Shown here piece by piece: positions 9,615 to 19,406 of a stretch of 64,000 nucleotides of DNA. This DNA comes from a bacterium (GTDB lineage: Bacteria; Patescibacteriota; Dojkabacteria; SC72), in assembly GCA_021463465.1 (NCBI GenBank), contig JAJTYH010000002.1, positions 201,799-265,798 of the forward strand. Direction: 5' to 3'. The number at the start of each line of letters is the position of its first letter. Within the stretch, counting starts at the first letter, position 1. The translations under genes were made by a program, and so were the position numbers. The notes beneath the pieces are model-generated. The model was not told the DNA's origin, made no database searches, and worked only from the letters and a program-made list of their open reading frames with translations.

Positions 9615-9691
9615 GCGAGAATACTCTTGTGCAATTTAGCAGAAAAACTTATATTAGTTGGTAATAACGAGTAAATTAAAAGTATTTTGTT

Positions 9692-10153
9692 ATGTTAAAA
9701 ATGCCAGATGTGTCAGTATTATCCCAAGATATTTTCCAGCTTTTAGGTATGGAAGCATTGGATGAAGTTGAGAAAGAGAAGTTTATGAACGATTTTTTGA
9801 ATTCAGTTTCAAAACAATTTTTCATTTCAAAGATTTTACCTTTCCTCAGTAATGAAGAAAAAGATAACTTATCTGACAAATACGAGAATTTGGATCAAAC
9901 AACTCTTCCAACTTTATTTGGTGAACTTTCAGAAAAGATTCCTAATATCGCTGATCTATATGTTGAATCCTTGAGAGAAGTCAAAGCGAAGCTTGTTACA
10001 GACACATACATCAACAAATCAGATATGCTTGAAGACTTAATTGCAAAAGAGAGTGACTCAGGTAAGGCTTCAGATTTGCGTGAGCAGTATGATTTATGTC
10101 AAAAAAACCTATCTTACGCACAAAACGGAAGATTCGATTTGATAACTAATTAA
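9692..10153 (+). CDS. Small acidic hypothetical protein
   Basis: 153 aa, acidic, helical. Stop lies 18 bp before the giant ORF's ATG. Confidence 0.4.
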   Translation: MLKMPDVSVLSQDIFQLLGMEALDEVEKEKFMNDFLNSVSKQFFISKILPFLSNEEKDNLSDKYENLDQTTLPTLFGELSEKIPNIADLYVESLREVKAKLVTDTYINKSDMLEDLIAKESDSGKASDLREQYDLCQKNLSYAQNGRFDLITN

Positions 10154-10171
10154 TATTTTTTATTGGAAAAC

Positions 10172-13100
10172 ATGTTAGCAGCACCTGGACGAGGAGAACT
10201 ACCAAGCTTTGAAAATCTAAATATTTCTCCAGAGAGCGCTGAAGAGTTAGGGAGAGATTTACGTAAAACTTTAGAGGCACTTGTAACTGGTTTCACTGGT
10301 GACTCTGGAGCAGCAAAAAAACTTCTCGAGAGTATGCTTGACCCGCAAAAAGAGCAAGCAGAGGGAAAAGTTCCAGAACGAACTAATGCTACACCTCTTT
10401 TGTCTGAGCAAAAGGGTGTGAAAAAGGTAGATAATGGACTTGAAATTGAAATTACTTCACCTGCGGTCAAGGAAGCTTTCATTGGCCCAAATGGGCGATC
10501 ATTGACAGAAGATATGTTCCAAGTCATCGCAGGAAGAGAAACGCAGGTAAGTGCCGCAGGTAAACCAGGAAATCTAAACTCGGGTCTTAGTGAAGTTAAA
10601 TCTGTCACTTTAGGCGGTGCCAATGTGAAGACAGGCTTTGATAGGTTAGAGCTTTCTAAAGGTGGTGATAAAGGATCTCCAAATGGTAACGAAGTTCTTA
10701 CTTTTGTAAAATTAGATCCAGAGGGGAAACCTGACCCAAAGAAGTCTGTCTCGATAAGAATTGAGAGAACTCAAAACGATACTAGTGGCATCCCTGATTC
10801 CAAAGTAATACTTTCCTTGGGCCTCCAAGAGACAAGTAACGCTATTACAGATAGTATTGGTAATATTCCAACGCGTTTATCACAAGTTGAATATTTACTG
10901 AAATTCAAACCGGATTTATCACTACAAGAAAAGGATGATTTGTCGGCCGAAGCCGCTTTGTTACGCGAACAGACAGTAACGGGTTTAAATGCAGAATCAA
11001 GACAAGCAAACCAGGCCTTGCTTTTTAAGGATTTGGCCTCAATTATTGCAATCGCTCGAGAAAGAGGACATTCAGTAACGTCTAGAGCTTCAATGGCTGA
11101 TTCAAATGAATCTGTTAGCTCAAGACAGTTTCAGGCTTTAGAAGTTTTCAATAGAATTATTGAGACACCTGGCTCTTTGATTAATCGATCAAAAAAAGCG
11201 GAGAAAAGAAGTGGAGACGTATCTGAAGATCAGAAGCTTTCCGACCTGAAGAGTTTTATAAATAAAGTTAGAGCCGATAGTAATGGAGAAGTTCCTGACC
11301 AAACGCCCAGGCAGGAAGTTCCAACTCCGTTAGGCGGTGAGTTGCAAACTAGCAATACTAAAAAGGAAGCTCCAAAGTCTATTGATGAGCTGAAGAAAGA
11401 TTTTGAAGGTGAACTCTCAGCAATTAAGGACTTGAGAAAGCGAAAAGAAGACTTAGAAGCAGAAATAAAAGCACTTAGTTCTGCTGATGCAGGAACCCTC
11501 TCCGTTGAAGAGAAAAAGAAACTTGAGTCTCTACAGAAGGACCTAGACGAGACAAAGCGCGGGTTAGAAATCTTAAAATCGCTTGGTGACATACAACTAT
11601 TTGACAGGAAAAAAAGTCTCAGAGATAAACTCAAAAACAGATTTCAGGATGAAATTGATTCTAGTACTGTCCTTACCCCTGAACAAATATCAAAACTCTC
11701 AGTTTCAGACTTACTTAGAATTCTTACCTTAAATGCCCAATACGCTAGCAAGAAAGATTCTACACCTGAAACAGCTGAAAAGGACAAACAGAATCTAGAC
11801 AAAATCAACGCTCTTATTGGTTTAGTCAATAGCTTCTCTGAAGCAAACCCTAATGCAGTAAAAGAGAGTAAAGGAAAAGATAAAAAGAAAGCAATCGACT
11901 TACTCACTGAGTGGTTAACTGCAAGAGAAACATCCCTAAGTACTGAAATTGACAAGCTCAACACAGCAGGAGCAACACTTGAAACAACTAACAAAGAGAG
12001 GGAAGAGAAGCTTGCAGCTTTGAAGAAGGAACTCGAGAAATTAGATGTTGATTTTGCAGCTACGCAATTAAAGGCAGCAAGTAGCTTAAGATCTCTTGGC
12101 GATCAAATCCCAACTGATGAATGGATCAAGTTAAGCAGCGCGCTGCATGAAGCTTCATTTGGTGATTTGCCAGAGAACCCCGAAGACACAAAAACAAAGA
12201 CTGAAGCCGCCGCCAATGCTTCTATCGCTTCAAATTGCCTTAGACATATTGATTTAGAGCTTGAGCAACGAATTGAGCCTGAAACTTCTAAGGTTAAGAA
12301 GTTCTTTAAACGAGCAGCTGAGGTACTTACATCTGTATTCGGTGGTATAGCCGCTCGAACAGCAGTTAAAGCTATAATAACTGGAACCCTAGGTTTAGCA
12401 CTTGGCGGTCCAGCAGGCTTATTGCTTGGTGGTGTTGCAGGGGCCTTGGCTGGAGGTGCTTCGAGTGCAATATTTAGTACTTGGATGCATTACAAGGTTT
12501 TCCACAACGACAAACTGCATGCGTTATATGCAGAGAATGCGAATCCTGGCAAATATGATTTCTTCAGATCTAGAATATTTGATAAGGCTAATGAGACTTA
12601 TGGTGTTAAAGCTCGAATCCAAAACATTGCAACCGTATACAATCAATTACTTTCGGGTCAACTAAAAGCCGATCAGTTAACACCTGATTTAGCTAAGACA
12701 GTACTGTCGGTTGTCAAAGACGCCAAGATGCTTAAAAACACCACCAATTTCATTGGTGTAAATAATCTAGGACTCGATGCGAATCTTTTCAAAAATGCTG
12801 CGGGTGAAACGGTTTTACCAGAAGATGCTTTACGAGATTTTGCTTTGAAATTTGATAATTTTGTCAACAACTCTATAAATGCAGGAAAATTAAACACTGA
12901 CGAAGTTTCAAAAGCACTTAGTGAAGCTGACAGTGAATCTAAGACAATGGTTAATGCAATGATAGCTTCAGCTTCTTGGACCAAATTCTTTAAAGGTGCT
13001 CTAATCGGAGGTGCTTCAGGCTTAATCGCACAAGGAATAGGAAATGCCCTCGAAGGAAAGGGCTTCTTAGGAACAGAAACTGGTGGGGTGACAAACTCAG

Positions 13101-15400
13101 CTGTAGGTTCAGTCACAGAATCACAAATGTCTGATGCAGATGTTTTGAAATTTAATGAAGAAGCTATGAAACGATTGGCTCCATACGGACAACAACAAGT
13201 AGCTCTCTTGCATCAAAACTACAGTAATGTTCCCGAAGCAGACTTACAAAAGATGTTTACCCAATTTGATGTAAATGGTAATGGAATACTTGAAGGCACT
13301 GAAGCAAATGCTCTAGTAGATTCACTTAATCAGTCAGGCTCAACTGGAGGTGTACCTACGTTAGTTGGTGCATGGGACGCACCTTATGATGGAAATATTT
13401 CAAAAGATGTACCACCTGAGTGGGTAGATACTTGGACCAAAGCAATCTACAATGTGGGTCGAGGACATGATTTCCATGGAGCTCAGTTTAGTATGCAGGG
13501 TGCTCCTGGAGGCGACTATTACGCTCTAGGACGGGCTTTAGATTACATGTCAAAGCATGTGCCAGCAGAGAGTATGAATACTCCCGAGGCTGGAATTTCG
13601 GTCTCCCATCTTTACGGCCACTTATTACTTGGAGGCCAACCAACCGATGCTCAATTAGCTGAATTCTTGACCAGGGTTGATGCCAAATATGAAGGTACAG
13701 ATTATGATATAAGCAAGATATTTACAGGTTCAGGTGAAGCAGTAACATCTTCTACAACCAATTCATCTGCATTGATTGCAGGAATGAACCAAATCACAAC
13801 GGCGGCCCAAAATGATGTAATGACTCTTTGGTCATCAATGGCTGAGAGCCCAACTATAACTGAGACAGTAAGCAACTCAGTGGCTAATTTTGTTGTTGAT
13901 ACCACAAAAGGTATAAATGAACTTGGCACTTCAGGTGCATTGGCAGGAATGGGTGTTTCTATGTGGCTAGCAAATATGTACACACCTGAGAATAGAGAGT
14001 ATGCCAAGGTGAAAGAGGCTGGCAAAGAAGGAGATAAGTCCGGTACACCTCCAGCAAATCAACCGGGAAATAGTTCAACTTCTGCAGGCTCAACAACACA
14101 AAAGGCAAATAACACACCTGGTAGTAACTCTGCAGACCAAACAGTTGAGACAGCAAACCGAAACAGTGGTCTTACAGATATCTCAGCCGCAAGTGCAAAA
14201 CAAGGAAGTGAATTGAAACCTTTTGGTAAAATTGAGTCTGCAGGAGTAGGCCTTTCTGCTGATAGTGAGAATACTAATCCAAATGTGGTAAATATTAATG
14301 CAGCAAACGGAAGATTTGTGGCATCAACCCCAGTATGGGTTAAGTCGCAAACAGGAAATGTCTCACAATTTGCCTACAGGCATCCAAGATTGGCTGAACT
14401 CTACAAAGAAGTTCTTTATATCGGCAATTTCATCAAACAATACGCCAAAACAACTGTTGGAATGAATAATGATCCTTTTGAGGCCCAAGTACTTGCAGAT
14501 ATTACAAAGTCAGTAGCTGCAAATGATAAGTATGCAGTAAGGAGACACGATGGAGGGGCCGTAAGCGTTGCGAGTTCACAGGTATATAACCTTGATCCCT
14601 ACAGAGCAAGAAAAAATGAACTCACGGCTGGACAAAACTTAAGAGAATTAAATGAAAGTGTTCGCCAGCCATTGGCCAAATTCGTCAAGAAAATGCTTGA
14701 GGTTGAATTTGGTGCAGGTGGATTAGGTCAGCAACACTTAGGTGATATTGATAGGGGAGTTCTTGATCTTTACATGAAGGATGGCGGCGAGAAATATATT
14801 AATAATGAGCAAGTACACGCATTCTTAGCTCTGCTTATGGTGTTGAATGATCCTGAAAATATGGAACCTAAATCCAAGTTCCTAAATCAAAAAGGTACAC
14901 AAGAATTCAATGGAATTGTAAATGTAATGATCTCTAGAGAGAGCGCATGGATGTCAATGTTATCACCAAAACTAAACGGCCAAAATTACCTAGGCTCAGC
15001 ATTCTTAGTGTCTGACGGAATTATTAGATCTGCACTTGAAATGAGCGGATATAATGTAAAGCCAGACCAAAGAGAAGCCCGACAGTACTTTACAAACGTG
15101 GATCAAATTGCGAGATCAGTAGCGTTGGTTAAAGGAGGCTCACCGTATAGTAATGCTCTGCAGTTAGTAAATCTTGCTAATCAAAACGGGGTAGAGTACT
15201 TCGCTCTAATGCGCGAAGCCACAGCAAAGGCACGAGCAGAAAAGAAAGGAAAGAAGAAAAAGCAACAGCAACAGCTAAATGATGCCGTAAGTGCAGTCCC
15301 AACAGTTACACCACAACCTGGCGAGGCCTTGCAAGATGAACCAGCACGTGAAGCAGTAGTAGTTGGAACGAACGAGCCAGCAGGTACAGATGAGATCTAA
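10172..15400 (+). CDS. Giant (1742-aa) multidomain protein with a coiled-coil region, a glycine-zipper membrane segment and a canonical EF-hand
   Basis: The track ORF begins on TTG at 10163; the first ATG is at 10172. Long heptad/KE-rich stretch (~aa 380-640). GxxxG-rich hydrophobic segment TGTLGLALGGPAGLLLGGVAGALAGGASSAIF. EF-hand loop DVNGNGILEGTE flanked by helices. Lys/Gln-rich C-terminal tail. Confidence 0.7.
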   Translation: MLAAPGRGELPSFENLNISPESAEELGRDLRKTLEALVTGFTGDSGAAKKLLESMLDPQKEQAEGKVPERTNATPLLSEQKGVKKVDNGLEIEITSPAVKEAFIGPNGRSLTEDMFQVIAGRETQVSAAGKPGNLNSGLSEVKSVTLGGANVKTGFDRLELSKGGDKGSPNGNEVLTFVKLDPEGKPDPKKSVSIRIERTQNDTSGIPDSKVILSLGLQETSNAITDSIGNIPTRLSQVEYLLKFKPDLSLQEKDDLSAEAALLREQTVTGLNAESRQANQALLFKDLASIIAIARERGHSVTSRASMADSNESVSSRQFQALEVFNRIIETPGSLINRSKKAEKRSGDVSEDQKLSDLKSFINKVRADSNGEVPDQTPRQEVPTPLGGELQTSNTKKEAPKSIDELKKDFEGELSAIKDLRKRKEDLEAEIKALSSADAGTLSVEEKKKLESLQKDLDETKRGLEILKSLGDIQLFDRKKSLRDKLKNRFQDEIDSSTVLTPEQISKLSVSDLLRILTLNAQYASKKDSTPETAEKDKQNLDKINALIGLVNSFSEANPNAVKESKGKDKKKAIDLLTEWLTARETSLSTEIDKLNTAGATLETTNKEREEKLAALKKELEKLDVDFAATQLKAASSLRSLGDQIPTDEWIKLSSALHEASFGDLPENPEDTKTKTEAAANASIASNCLRHIDLELEQRIEPETSKVKKFFKRAAEVLTSVFGGIAARTAVKAIITGTLGLALGGPAGLLLGGVAGALAGGASSAIFSTWMHYKVFHNDKLHALYAENANPGKYDFFRSRIFDKANETYGVKARIQNIATVYNQLLSGQLKADQLTPDLAKTVLSVVKDAKMLKNTTNFIGVNNLGLDANLFKNAAGETVLPEDALRDFALKFDNFVNNSINAGKLNTDEVSKALSEADSESKTMVNAMIASASWTKFFKGALIGGASGLIAQGIGNALEGKGFLGTETGGVTNSAVGSVTESQMSDADVLKFNEEAMKRLAPYGQQQVALLHQNYSNVPEADLQKMFTQFDVNGNGILEGTEANALVDSLNQSGSTGGVPTLVGAWDAPYDGNISKDVPPEWVDTWTKAIYNVGRGHDFHGAQFSMQGAPGGDYYALGRALDYMSKHVPAESMNTPEAGISVSHLYGHLLLGGQPTDAQLAEFLTRVDAKYEGTDYDISKIFTGSGEAVTSSTTNSSALIAGMNQITTAAQNDVMTLWSSMAESPTITETVSNSVANFVVDTTKGINELGTSGALAGMGVSMWLANMYTPENREYAKVKEAGKEGDKSGTPPANQPGNSSTSAGSTTQKANNTPGSNSADQTVETANRNSGLTDISAASAKQGSELKPFGKIESAGVGLSADSENTNPNVVNINAANGRFVASTPVWVKSQTGNVSQFAYRHPRLAELYKEVLYIGNFIKQYAKTTVGMNNDPFEAQVLADITKSVAANDKYAVRRHDGGAVSVASSQVYNLDPYRARKNELTAGQNLRELNESVRQPLAKFVKKMLEVEFGAGGLGQQHLGDIDRGVLDLYMKDGGEKYINNEQVHAFLALLMVLNDPENMEPKSKFLNQKGTQEFNGIVNVMISRESAWMSMLSPKLNGQNYLGSAFLVSDGIIRSALEMSGYNVKPDQREARQYFTNVDQIARSVALVKGGSPYSNALQLVNLANQNGVEYFALMREATAKARAEKKGKKKKQQQQLNDAVSAVPTVTPQPGEALQDEPAREAVVVGTNEPAGTDEI

Positions 15401-15431
15401 CTTTGGCTTTTTAAAAGTTTTAGGATCGAAA

Positions 15432-15457
15432 GGGGGCTAGCACATAGCTCCCTTTTT
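15432..15457 (+). terminator. Rho-independent terminator after the giant ORF
   Basis: gggggcta-gcaca-tagctccc (8-bp stem with one G-U pair) followed by TTTTT. Confidence 0.7.
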
Positions 15458-15461
15458 GATA

Positions 15462-15491
15462 TTGACAAAGTCTCCAGACCTATAGTATAAT
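15462..15491 (+). promoter_or_regulatory. Consensus sigma70-type promoter (TTGACA-18 bp-TATAAT)
   Basis: ttgaca at 15462-15467 and tataat at 15486-15491, with an 18-bp spacer. Drives a ~170-nt leader ahead of the GC-rich ORF at 15666. Confidence 0.6.
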
Positions 15492-15565
15492 ACACTCGTA
15501 ATATCTTAGAATATTACAATCTGCTCTTTTAAAATGCAGTACGATAATAAGATTTCTGTGAGAGC

Positions 15566-15618
15566 CAACTAACCAATATTGTTATTAATCACCTATTGAT
15601 ACCACTATTGGTTAGTTG
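15566..15618 (+). promoter_or_regulatory. 13-bp perfect inverted repeat in the 5' leader (operator or RNA stem)
   Basis: caactaaccaata ...27 nt... tattggttagttg, between the promoter and the SD (aaaggagg, 15651-15658). Confidence 0.45.
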
Positions 15619-15665
15619 TAATATCCAAAATCTTCAAGTGCCAAACACCACAAAGGAGGTCGTCA

Positions 15666-16084
15666 TGGCAGGTTTCTTTAGTTCGGTTTGGAATACGCTC
15701 ACGGGACGCGGTAAGGAGTCGCAATCAATGCAATTCATGCGTGAAACCGGAGCGGGTCAAGGGGACATTCGGGTGGCACGAGCAGCTCTCATTGACGCGG
15801 TCAACGCGGCGTGCATTGAGCTTGATATCGTTCTCAAACCCGGTGGAACCCAGGTAATCGAGAAGGCAATCCTTGAAGCTGTCGACCCAGGGTCGATCCA
15901 AAATCTTCAGCTTCTCCAGAGGATGCGCTCCATGGGAGTCTTAAACACTGGCATGATGATGCAATCGCCAACTCCAGCGATGGACCCAACAATGATTGCG
16001 CAAATCGTCAACCAGGTGATGGACGCTCGTGAAGCCGCCAAGCTCACCCAAACAGACCGGCCCCAAAAATCAGACGAGGTGTAA
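15666..16084 (+). CDS. Small hypothetical protein in a GC-rich (~55%) self-contained cassette
   Basis: Strong SD AAAGGAGG 7 nt upstream of the ATG at 15666; the track ORF start at 15596 lies inside the leader. Own promoter and terminator. No recognisable domain. Confidence 0.6.
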
Positions 16085-16112
16085 CAACCGAGTCAGCGTA
16101 CTGCATTCCCGT

Positions 16113-16141
16113 GGGGAAGCTCTCTTTTAGAAAGCTTCCCC
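16113..16141 (+). terminator. Rho-independent terminator
   Basis: ggggaagct-ctcttttagaa-agcttcccc, a perfect 9-bp stem, followed by a gttttgtgttt T-rich run. Confidence 0.65.
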
Positions 16142-16198
16142 CGGGTGTACGTTTTGTGTTTACATATATCAATATGTTTAGTATTTTTATATGTAAGT

Positions 16199-17425
16199 AT
16201 GAAATCACCTACTCACGAGAGTACAAACAAAAACCCTCGCCATATTGAGAAAATAGGGTTAAAAGCTGAAGCAACAGAAAGTTCACCAAACATCGAGACG
16301 GGACTAAGACTTTTAGGATCTGGTTTTGAAGGCGATACTTATGAATACAGGGCGAGAGATGGAAGTATTAAAGCCATAAAGGTTTTCAGACCTCGTGGGA
16401 AGGTATGGGATGACAACTATCATCAAGAGTTTGATGCTGCAGACCCAAACGACCCGAGAGAATTATCCAAAACAATATTTCGTGCAGCACATACAGCGAG
16501 ATGGGCAGATCGAATACAACATCCAGCACATCTGATTGAGGAGATTAACAAGCTCGATGACGAACTAATGGCGACAGGATCGAGTGCGTATAATATTCGA
16601 ACTCTACAAGAATCCTTTGCTAGGGTAGGTGATTTGAACACTAATGGCTTTAGAAATTATTTAACCCAAAGAGCATTAGCCCTGGGACAAAGGATTTTTG
16701 TTCCTGAAATAAATATTGACCCAAATTTCAAAGGTGGATTAGGCTCAGCGATTAATCGTTTAGTCGAATGGACAAGTACTAATTATCCTCAATTACAGCT
16801 GCCTAAAAGAATATTTCCCAGATTCATACAATTTGGAAAGTTTCCTGAAGACTATCCAAATCTTAAAGTCGCTGGAAGAGAGTATTTAGTTATGGAGAAA
16901 GTGCACTTGATTCTTGGTGACTATATAGAAAAGACTCAATCCAAAATACTTTCAATGGGCAGTATTTTATCTGATAGCCCTGAAATAGCTCAAGTTCAAC
17001 CCCTCCCAATCTCGATTCAACAGATTGCCGGAACTAGAACGAATCTAGAAATTTTAGCTTCTCTAGGATTAACCTTTGGTGATTTAAAATTGGGTAACAT
17101 AGCCTTTGACGCAGACAACACTCCAATTCTCATTGACCCCACTGCGGTGCTCAAAACTGGAAGTATCCAAGATATTGCTACTATGGACTACCTCCCTCCA
17201 CATGTTCAAGCACAAGTAAGAATGATGCAACCAATCAAGGGAGATCCTCAAAACGATATTTATGCTTTAAATCGAATACTTTCTATTATACAGCAGGAAT
17301 GGATGCAGGCTGTAATGCAAGGACTAAGAAAGAATACGCGTAATATAATGCATGATGAGAGGGTTGGGACAGAAACAGCCTCAACAATGCTTCAAAACTC
17401 AAGAAGAAATCAAAATACATTATAA
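16199..17425 (+). CDS. Protein-kinase-like (PKL) superfamily protein, atypical
   Basis: Track start is GTG at 16145; the first ATG is at 16199. LGSGFEGDTYEY (GxGxxG loop) with AIK lysine 14 aa later. FGDLKLGNIAF resembles the HRDLKxxN/HGDxxxGN catalytic loop; IDP may be the DFG-equivalent. The spacing between the Lys and the catalytic loop is unusually long. Confidence 0.45.
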   Translation: MKSPTHESTNKNPRHIEKIGLKAEATESSPNIETGLRLLGSGFEGDTYEYRARDGSIKAIKVFRPRGKVWDDNYHQEFDAADPNDPRELSKTIFRAAHTARWADRIQHPAHLIEEINKLDDELMATGSSAYNIRTLQESFARVGDLNTNGFRNYLTQRALALGQRIFVPEINIDPNFKGGLGSAINRLVEWTSTNYPQLQLPKRIFPRFIQFGKFPEDYPNLKVAGREYLVMEKVHLILGDYIEKTQSKILSMGSILSDSPEIAQVQPLPISIQQIAGTRTNLEILASLGLTFGDLKLGNIAFDADNTPILIDPTAVLKTGSIQDIATMDYLPPHVQAQVRMMQPIKGDPQNDIYALNRILSIIQQEWMQAVMQGLRKNTRNIMHDERVGTETASTMLQNSRRNQNTL

Positions 17426-17429
17426 AAAG

Positions 17430-19346
17430 ATGAGAAACTTTATCAAACCAACAATCCAAAGTTTATTGGAAAATATCTTCGAGAAATCTCAGCTTAAACA
17501 AATCCGTGAATTTGCTGAAAAAGAGCCTCTACTCAATCTAAAAACTCAAAAAACCGTATTTCCGGGTTCAAAGGAGACAGGAAAAGAAAATGTTGTACTG
17601 CCAGAAGTTGAGGTAACAACAAATCTTCCATTAAGTCATGACAAATTGCTACTAAACTCCACAGGGCAAAATGAGTGGCGAAGAGCTATTGGCTTTAGTC
17701 CATTGAATACACCTCAAACCAGAGAACGCATTGATAAGGGAGCAATGGTTATGGTTGTGAAATCAAAGGATGTCACAGCAATTGGAGTTAACCGACCCTC
17801 CACGCTAACATATCATCTTCCGCAAGATGCAAGTGCTATTTCTATTATGGAAGTTGACGGTGAATCAGTAATTGGTCTCCAGGTGGCAGATGGTACGACA
17901 TTCTTGGAGCTTGGAGATACAGAAATTCAAGCATGTAAGAGGCCGATTACAGGTGGAGATAAAATTACAAATCGCACTTCAAAAGTTCATTGCGATAGTG
18001 ATAGATGGGCGCACTTTGTTGCAAGAACTTCTGCGACAATAGGCTTACAAGGAGCTCAAAAGGGTTCAGGAACAATCAAAGGGATCTCGGAGAGTGACAG
18101 AGATAAGCTCGTGGAAGAAAATGGGGTTGGATCTTCAACCGCGCAATCATTATCAATTAAACGTACTGAAAAAGGTTATCATGCTCAAATAGTTGGGACA
18201 GGGGCAGAAAGAGATTTTGGCCAAATCTTCGTTGGGACTGACAAAAGAGCTGACCAGCTTGCACTTCTACCAAATATGGAAAATATTAGCCCCATGAATT
18301 CTAGCTCAAGGGTGCTTGGACTGGTTGGGAGGGAGCGGCTAATCCAACCAACTTTGGATGCCGATTTCGAAGCGGGCACTGCTTTTATTCTGACCTCTGA
18401 CGGTTTTTCACTAAAAAGTCCTCAAATAGGAGAGCTTTTAATCGATTATGCAAAAAACAAAACATCGGAACAGATTATACAAATTCTTCAAGACGCAAAA
18501 ATGCTTGATCTATTATTTGCGCACCCAGATGGAAAGAGACCCGCAAAAGACGATGGAACTCTTTGGTTAGTACTCCTTAACGACCAGGAAAAAGCTCAGT
18601 CTGAAGTTAATCAAAACTTACTCTTAGATGATTTACTTCATAAGGCCAAAGCTCTGTCAAACCTTTTTCCCAAAGCAGCAGAACAGATAAATAGAAGATT
18701 AGAAGAAATAAGGGCTCTTACTGATGAGATACTTCAATGGGTGGAATCAAGAACAAGTGACAGTGTAAGTGTAAATGATTTAAAAGATATTCAAAAAGCA
18801 ACTGAACAGGCCTTAGCAGCTGAAGCAGAACAAAAGGAACTAGAAAAAGAACTGGAATTAGTAAATGAAAGCAAAGTTCTTTTACAACATCATACCCTTA
18901 GTAATCAATATTACTCTGCGGCAATGCTAGATACAGTCGTATCGTTACGCAATGTTATAGGAACTGGAGAAGTTACGAGTAAAATTCTAGCGGAGTGCAT
19001 AGCTACTATTTCATCCGCCTTAAATGGTAACAAGAATATTAAAATTACCAATCAAAAACTCGTAAAGGTTGTTTTCGACGAGTTACTCGAAAAGAGACTA
19101 GCAATAACTAAAGAAGAGAAGTTTTTTGAAACTTTGACCAAATGGATTCAAGATCCTTCACAAGAAAATACTAAGGCTCTGAAATCGCAAATAAGTATTT
19201 CTCTTCCTCATTTAAATTCACTCACTCGCATAATACATAGCGAAGAAGATCAATTTAAAACTAAAGAGTACTTGTATTACTTAGAATATTCAAAAAAATT
19301 AGTACCTACTTGGAAAAACTTAGTAAATACCAAAATTAACGACTAA
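17430..19346 (+). CDS. PP2C-like phosphatase-domain protein with a C-terminal coiled-coil
   Basis: Track ORF begins at 17352, overlapping the upstream gene; an in-frame ATG at 17430 follows that gene's stop. AFILTSDGFS (LASDG-like motif) and DDGTLWLVLL (DD.TVIVV-like terminal motif). A long helical/KE-rich tail follows. Confidence 0.4.
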   Translation: MRNFIKPTIQSLLENIFEKSQLKQIREFAEKEPLLNLKTQKTVFPGSKETGKENVVLPEVEVTTNLPLSHDKLLLNSTGQNEWRRAIGFSPLNTPQTRERIDKGAMVMVVKSKDVTAIGVNRPSTLTYHLPQDASAISIMEVDGESVIGLQVADGTTFLELGDTEIQACKRPITGGDKITNRTSKVHCDSDRWAHFVARTSATIGLQGAQKGSGTIKGISESDRDKLVEENGVGSSTAQSLSIKRTEKGYHAQIVGTGAERDFGQIFVGTDKRADQLALLPNMENISPMNSSSRVLGLVGRERLIQPTLDADFEAGTAFILTSDGFSLKSPQIGELLIDYAKNKTSEQIIQILQDAKMLDLLFAHPDGKRPAKDDGTLWLVLLNDQEKAQSEVNQNLLLDDLLHKAKALSNLFPKAAEQINRRLEEIRALTDEILQWVESRTSDSVSVNDLKDIQKATEQALAAEAEQKELEKELELVNESKVLLQHHTLSNQYYSAAMLDTVVSLRNVIGTGEVTSKILAECIATISSALNGNKNIKITNQKLVKVVFDELLEKRLAITKEEKFFETLTKWIQDPSQENTKALKSQISISLPHLNSLTRIIHSEEDQFKTKEYLYYLEYSKKLVPTWKNLVNTKIND

Positions 19347-19406
19347 TTTACTTGTCCATACCACAAGAGTATAATCCCTCAATAATTACAAAAAACAATT
19401 AAAGTT

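Noticed and set aside
15596-15665. Upstream extension of the GC-rich ORF (the track start at 15596).
   Set aside because: The extension runs through the inverted repeat of the leader and is AT-rich. A consensus SD (AAAGGAGG) sits immediately before the ATG at 15666, where the GC-rich coding composition begins.
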